Assembly (NCBI GenBank): GCA_028711005.1
Contig: JAQTTC010000001.1
Span: forward strand, 1-58,505
Reading direction: 5' to 3'
Length of the DNA stretch: 58,505 nt
Source of the DNA: Minisyncoccota bacterium
GTDB taxonomy: Bacteria > Patescibacteriota > Minisyncoccia > UBA6257
This document shows, piece by piece, positions 56,050-58,505 of this stretch. The notes beneath the pieces were generated by a model. It was given only the letters and a program-made list of their open reading frames with translations, did not search any database and was not told where the DNA came from. The position numbers were made by a program, and so were the translations under genes. The stretch's first letter is position 1. Each line of letters opens with the position of its first letter.

Positions 56050-58505
56050 ATGGAAGATCTATCAAAAAAAAGAGAGCAAAGAATTAAAGCTCTCTGGCAA
56101 GAATCTAGAGAGAGAACTGCCCAAGAATTAGCTCAGAAACAAAATTATTTATATATTGATTTGAGAAAGGCGCCTATTGAAACTAGCGCTCTTGCTTATA
56201 TTCCTGAAAAAGCAGCTAAAGAAGCAAATGTTGCTGTTTTTCAAAAAGTAGGAAATACAATTAAAATTGCTCTTTCTGATCCTTCAAATACCAAGGCTTT
56301 ACAAATTATTGATGATTTTAAAAAGAAAGGGCACAAAGTAAGCATTTTTGTCGTCACTGAAGAAGGATTAAACCAGGCATGGAAAAATTATGCTTTTATT
56401 CATCCACGTTTAAAAGAATTATCAAATTTTATAGAAGTGACTGATACTGAACCAGTAGAATTTAATGATCTTCATGAAAAAATATTATCTTCTCCTGCAA
56501 AAGAAGTTACGCTTTTAGTTTCACTGATCTTAAAGTCTGCTGTCATTATAGATGCATCTGATATTCATCTTGAACCTCAAGAAGAGCATGCTTTAATTCG
56601 CTTTCGAATAGATGGAATTCTTTATGATGTCTGTGAAATAGAAAAAGCTAAATATCGTGTTATCAATCAAAGACTTAAATTGCTTGCTGGTTTAAAATTA
56701 AATATTGAAAATATATCCCAAAATGGGCGTTTTACTATTCAAAATGATGAGGATTTTATTGATGTTCGTGTCTCAAGCTTGCCTAGCCCTCAAGGAGAAT
56801 TTTTAGTCTTCAGGCTTTTAAATCCAAGGCGAGCAGCTTTAGGATTAAAAGATCTTGGAGTAAGTGAGAAAAATATTGAAACCTTTAACCATATTTTATC
56901 AGCCCCTAATGGAATGATTCTTGTAACTGGACCAACTGGCTCAGGAAAAACAACAACTCTTTATGCTTTTTTAAAAAAGAAAATTTCTCCAGGAATAAAA
57001 ATTATTACTTTAGAAGATCCAATTGAATATCAAATTTCCGGAGTAAACCAAACTCAAGTATCAAAGAAATATGACTTTGCTAATGGTTTAAAGTCAGTCC
57101 TCCGTCAAGATCCAGATGTTCTTATGGTTGGCGAAATAAGAGACTCGGAAACAGCTAAAACCGCTATCCAAGCATCTTTAACTGGTCATTTAGTCTTTTC
57201 TACTCTTCACACTAATGAAGCTTGCGGTACTATTGCTAGATTATTAGAATTAGGAGTTGAGCCCTCTGTTATTTCAAATTCATTAAAATTGATTGTTGCC
57301 CAAAGACTAGTCAGGCGTCTTTGCCCTTACTGTAGAGAAAGATATAAACCAACCCCAGAAGTCAAAGAACAATTAATTACAGCTTTAAGTGTTCTCTCTC
57401 CAAAAAGTAAGGTGAAAGTCCCTAAAGATATTCCTTATCTTTTTAGAGCAAAAGGATGCGAAAAATGTAACTGGCTAGGATATAAAGATCAAATCGGAAT
57501 TTTTGAACATTTTAAAATGACTCCTAGAATCATTAAGGCAATAAAAGAAGGAGCTGATCAAAATGAATTAAGAACAATTGCTATTGACGAAGGAATGATT
57601 CCACTTTTCCATGATGGCTTAATAAAAGCTATCGAAGGCGTTACTTCTTTAGAAGAAGTTCTTAGAGTTGCTGGAGACATCTCTTATGTTCAAGATTTAT
57701 ACAAAGACCTTTTTTCTCAAATCTTAGTCCGTGGAGTTAAAGTAAATAAACAAGAACAAAAACAAATAGAAAAATTACTTGAAGAGAATAAACCTCTTGA
57801 TTCTTTATTAAAAGACAAATCTTCTGAAAAACAAATTGCCTTAACATTAGCTACTGCTTTAAAATCGAGAGCAACTGATGTTCACTTTGAACCTGAAGAA
57901 CAAAAAAGCCAAGTTCGACAAAGGATTGATGGTGTTCTCCATCCTTTAACGTCTTTTAATCTGAAAGAACATCCTAAAATTATTAATGAATTAAAAACAA
58001 TTAGTGGATTAAAAACAGAAGAAACACAAAGAGTCCAAGAAAGCAGATTCCGTTTAATTCTTCCTGACCAATCATTTGATTTAAGGCTTTCAATTATTCC
58101 TGGAGGATATGGGGAAAGCGCTTCTTTAAGAATCTTAGGAGGAGAAACTTCTCTATTAGACTTAGAAAAATTAGGGTTCCTTCCAACCCAAAAAGAAAAA
58201 ATAGAAAAAGTTTTAGAAAAAAAGATTGGTTTAATTTTGGTTGCTGGGCCTACCTCTTCTGGAAAAACTACAACATTGTTTTCTCTACTTAAAAAGCTAT
58301 CCAGCCCTAATATCAAAATCATCACTGTTGAAGATCCAATTGAATATCGCTTACCTGGTATTATTCAAACTCAAGTTGATGAAGGAAAAGACTATACTTT
58401 TGCTAAAGCTCTTCGTAGCTTACTTCGTCAAAACCCTAATATTTTCTTAATTGGAGAGATTAGAGATAAAGAAACAGCTCAACTTGTTTGGGAAGCCTCT
58501 TCAAC
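56050..58505 (+). CDS. pilB: Type IV pilus / type II secretion ATPase (PilB/GspE family), tandem double-ATPase fusion, 3'-truncated by the window edge
   Basis: Translated codon by codon from ATG 56050 with no stop to 58505 (818 codons). Module 1: 'ASDIHLEP...RFRIDG', Walker A 'GPTGSGKTT' (56929-56955), 'LEDPIEY', 'VLMVGEIRD', 'TGHLVFSTLHTN', CPYC...CEKC. Module 2: 'TDVHFEP...RQRIDG', 'GPTSSGKTT' (58246-58272), 'VEDPIEY', 'IFLIGEIRD'. Confidence 0.85.
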   Translation, partial: MEDLSKKREQRIKALWQESRERTAQELAQKQNYLYIDLRKAPIETSALAYIPEKAAKEANVAVFQKVGNTIKIALSDPSNTKALQIIDDFKKKGHKVSIFVVTEEGLNQAWKNYAFIHPRLKELSNFIEVTDTEPVEFNDLHEKILSSPAKEVTLLVSLILKSAVIIDASDIHLEPQEEHALIRFRIDGILYDVCEIEKAKYRVINQRLKLLAGLKLNIENISQNGRFTIQNDEDFIDVRVSSLPSPQGEFLVFRLLNPRRAALGLKDLGVSEKNIETFNHILSAPNGMILVTGPTGSGKTTTLYAFLKKKISPGIKIITLEDPIEYQISGVNQTQVSKKYDFANGLKSVLRQDPDVLMVGEIRDSETAKTAIQASLTGHLVFSTLHTNEACGTIARLLELGVEPSVISNSLKLIVAQRLVRRLCPYCRERYKPTPEVKEQLITALSVLSPKSKVKVPKDIPYLFRAKGCEKCNWLGYKDQIGIFEHFKMTPRIIKAIKEGADQNELRTIAIDEGMIPLFHDGLIKAIEGVTSLEEVLRVAGDISYVQDLYKDLFSQILVRGVKVNKQEQKQIEKLLEENKPLDSLLKDKSSEKQIALTLATALKSRATDVHFEPEEQKSQVRQRIDGVLHPLTSFNLKEHPKIINELKTISGLKTEETQRVQESRFRLILPDQSFDLRLSIIPGGYGESASLRILGGETSLLDLEKLGFLPTQKEKIEKVLEKKIGLILVAGPTSSGKTTTLFSLLKKLSSPNIKIITVEDPIEYRLPGIIQTQVDEGKDYTFAKALRSLLRQNPNIFLIGEIRDKETAQLVWEASS

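Noticed and set aside
57882-58325. 147-aa minus-strand ORF, plus the 69-aa plus-strand ORF at 58241-58450, both in the supplied track
   Set aside because: Both lie entirely inside the long plus-strand PilB/GspE frame (phase of 56050), which carries clear Walker A, Asp-box and Walker B motifs here. Their own translations are low-complexity with no motifs, so they are antisense or out-of-frame artefacts.
1-58505. CRISPR arrays, transposases, integrases, prophage or defence islands; alternative genetic code (UGA recoding)
   Set aside because: I saw no regularly spaced direct repeats; only homopolymeric A/T runs occur. No recombinase-like ORF is present, even next to tRNA-Pro. TGA functions as a stop (for example at the infC end, 43011-43013) and the long conserved genes are uninterrupted under the standard code.

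Overview
The window is a gene-dense, visibly AT-rich (not computed) stretch of a small bacterial chromosome using the standard code: TGA is used as a stop and the long ORFs are intact. Gene content suggests a reduced-genome lineage such as Candidate Phyla Radiation/Patescibacteria; this is an inference from a trimmed AspRS, trimmed SMC, split ComEC, a type IV pilus ATPase and many small membrane ORFs. Most of the window is housekeeping: rarA, ndk, rpmB, aspS, comEC, ftsA-ftsZ, ybeY, rpsU, hisS, lepB, pth, clpB, htrA, uppS, rpoB-rpoC, trmD, smc, rnc, nusB, rpmF, ileS, smpB-ssrA-infC-rpmI-rplT, rpsT, holA, mutM, polA and tsaE. There is one tRNA-Pro(GGG) and one tmRNA. I found no rRNA, CRISPR array, transposase, integrase or recognisable defence system. 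The main oddities are as follows. (1) An ORF missing from the supplied track because it runs off the 3' edge (56050 to the end) encodes two complete PilB/GspE secretion-ATPase modules fused in one frame. (2) A Clp-like double AAA+ protein has N-terminal transmembrane helices and a degenerate first ATPase domain. (3) A GC-enriched structured RNA candidate of about 133 nt lies between aspS and rpmB, with G-U pairs that only work on the minus strand. (4) A sugar island holds a trehalose-phosphatase-like HAD protein, a beta-PGM::GH65 phosphorylase fusion and a cupin-type PGI. (5) The SMC has no hinge. (6) FtsZ carries a poly-lysine N-terminal extension. (7) An EncFtn-like mini-ferritin has no encapsulin shell gene nearby. 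All calls come from reading the sequence and translations by eye; no searches were run.
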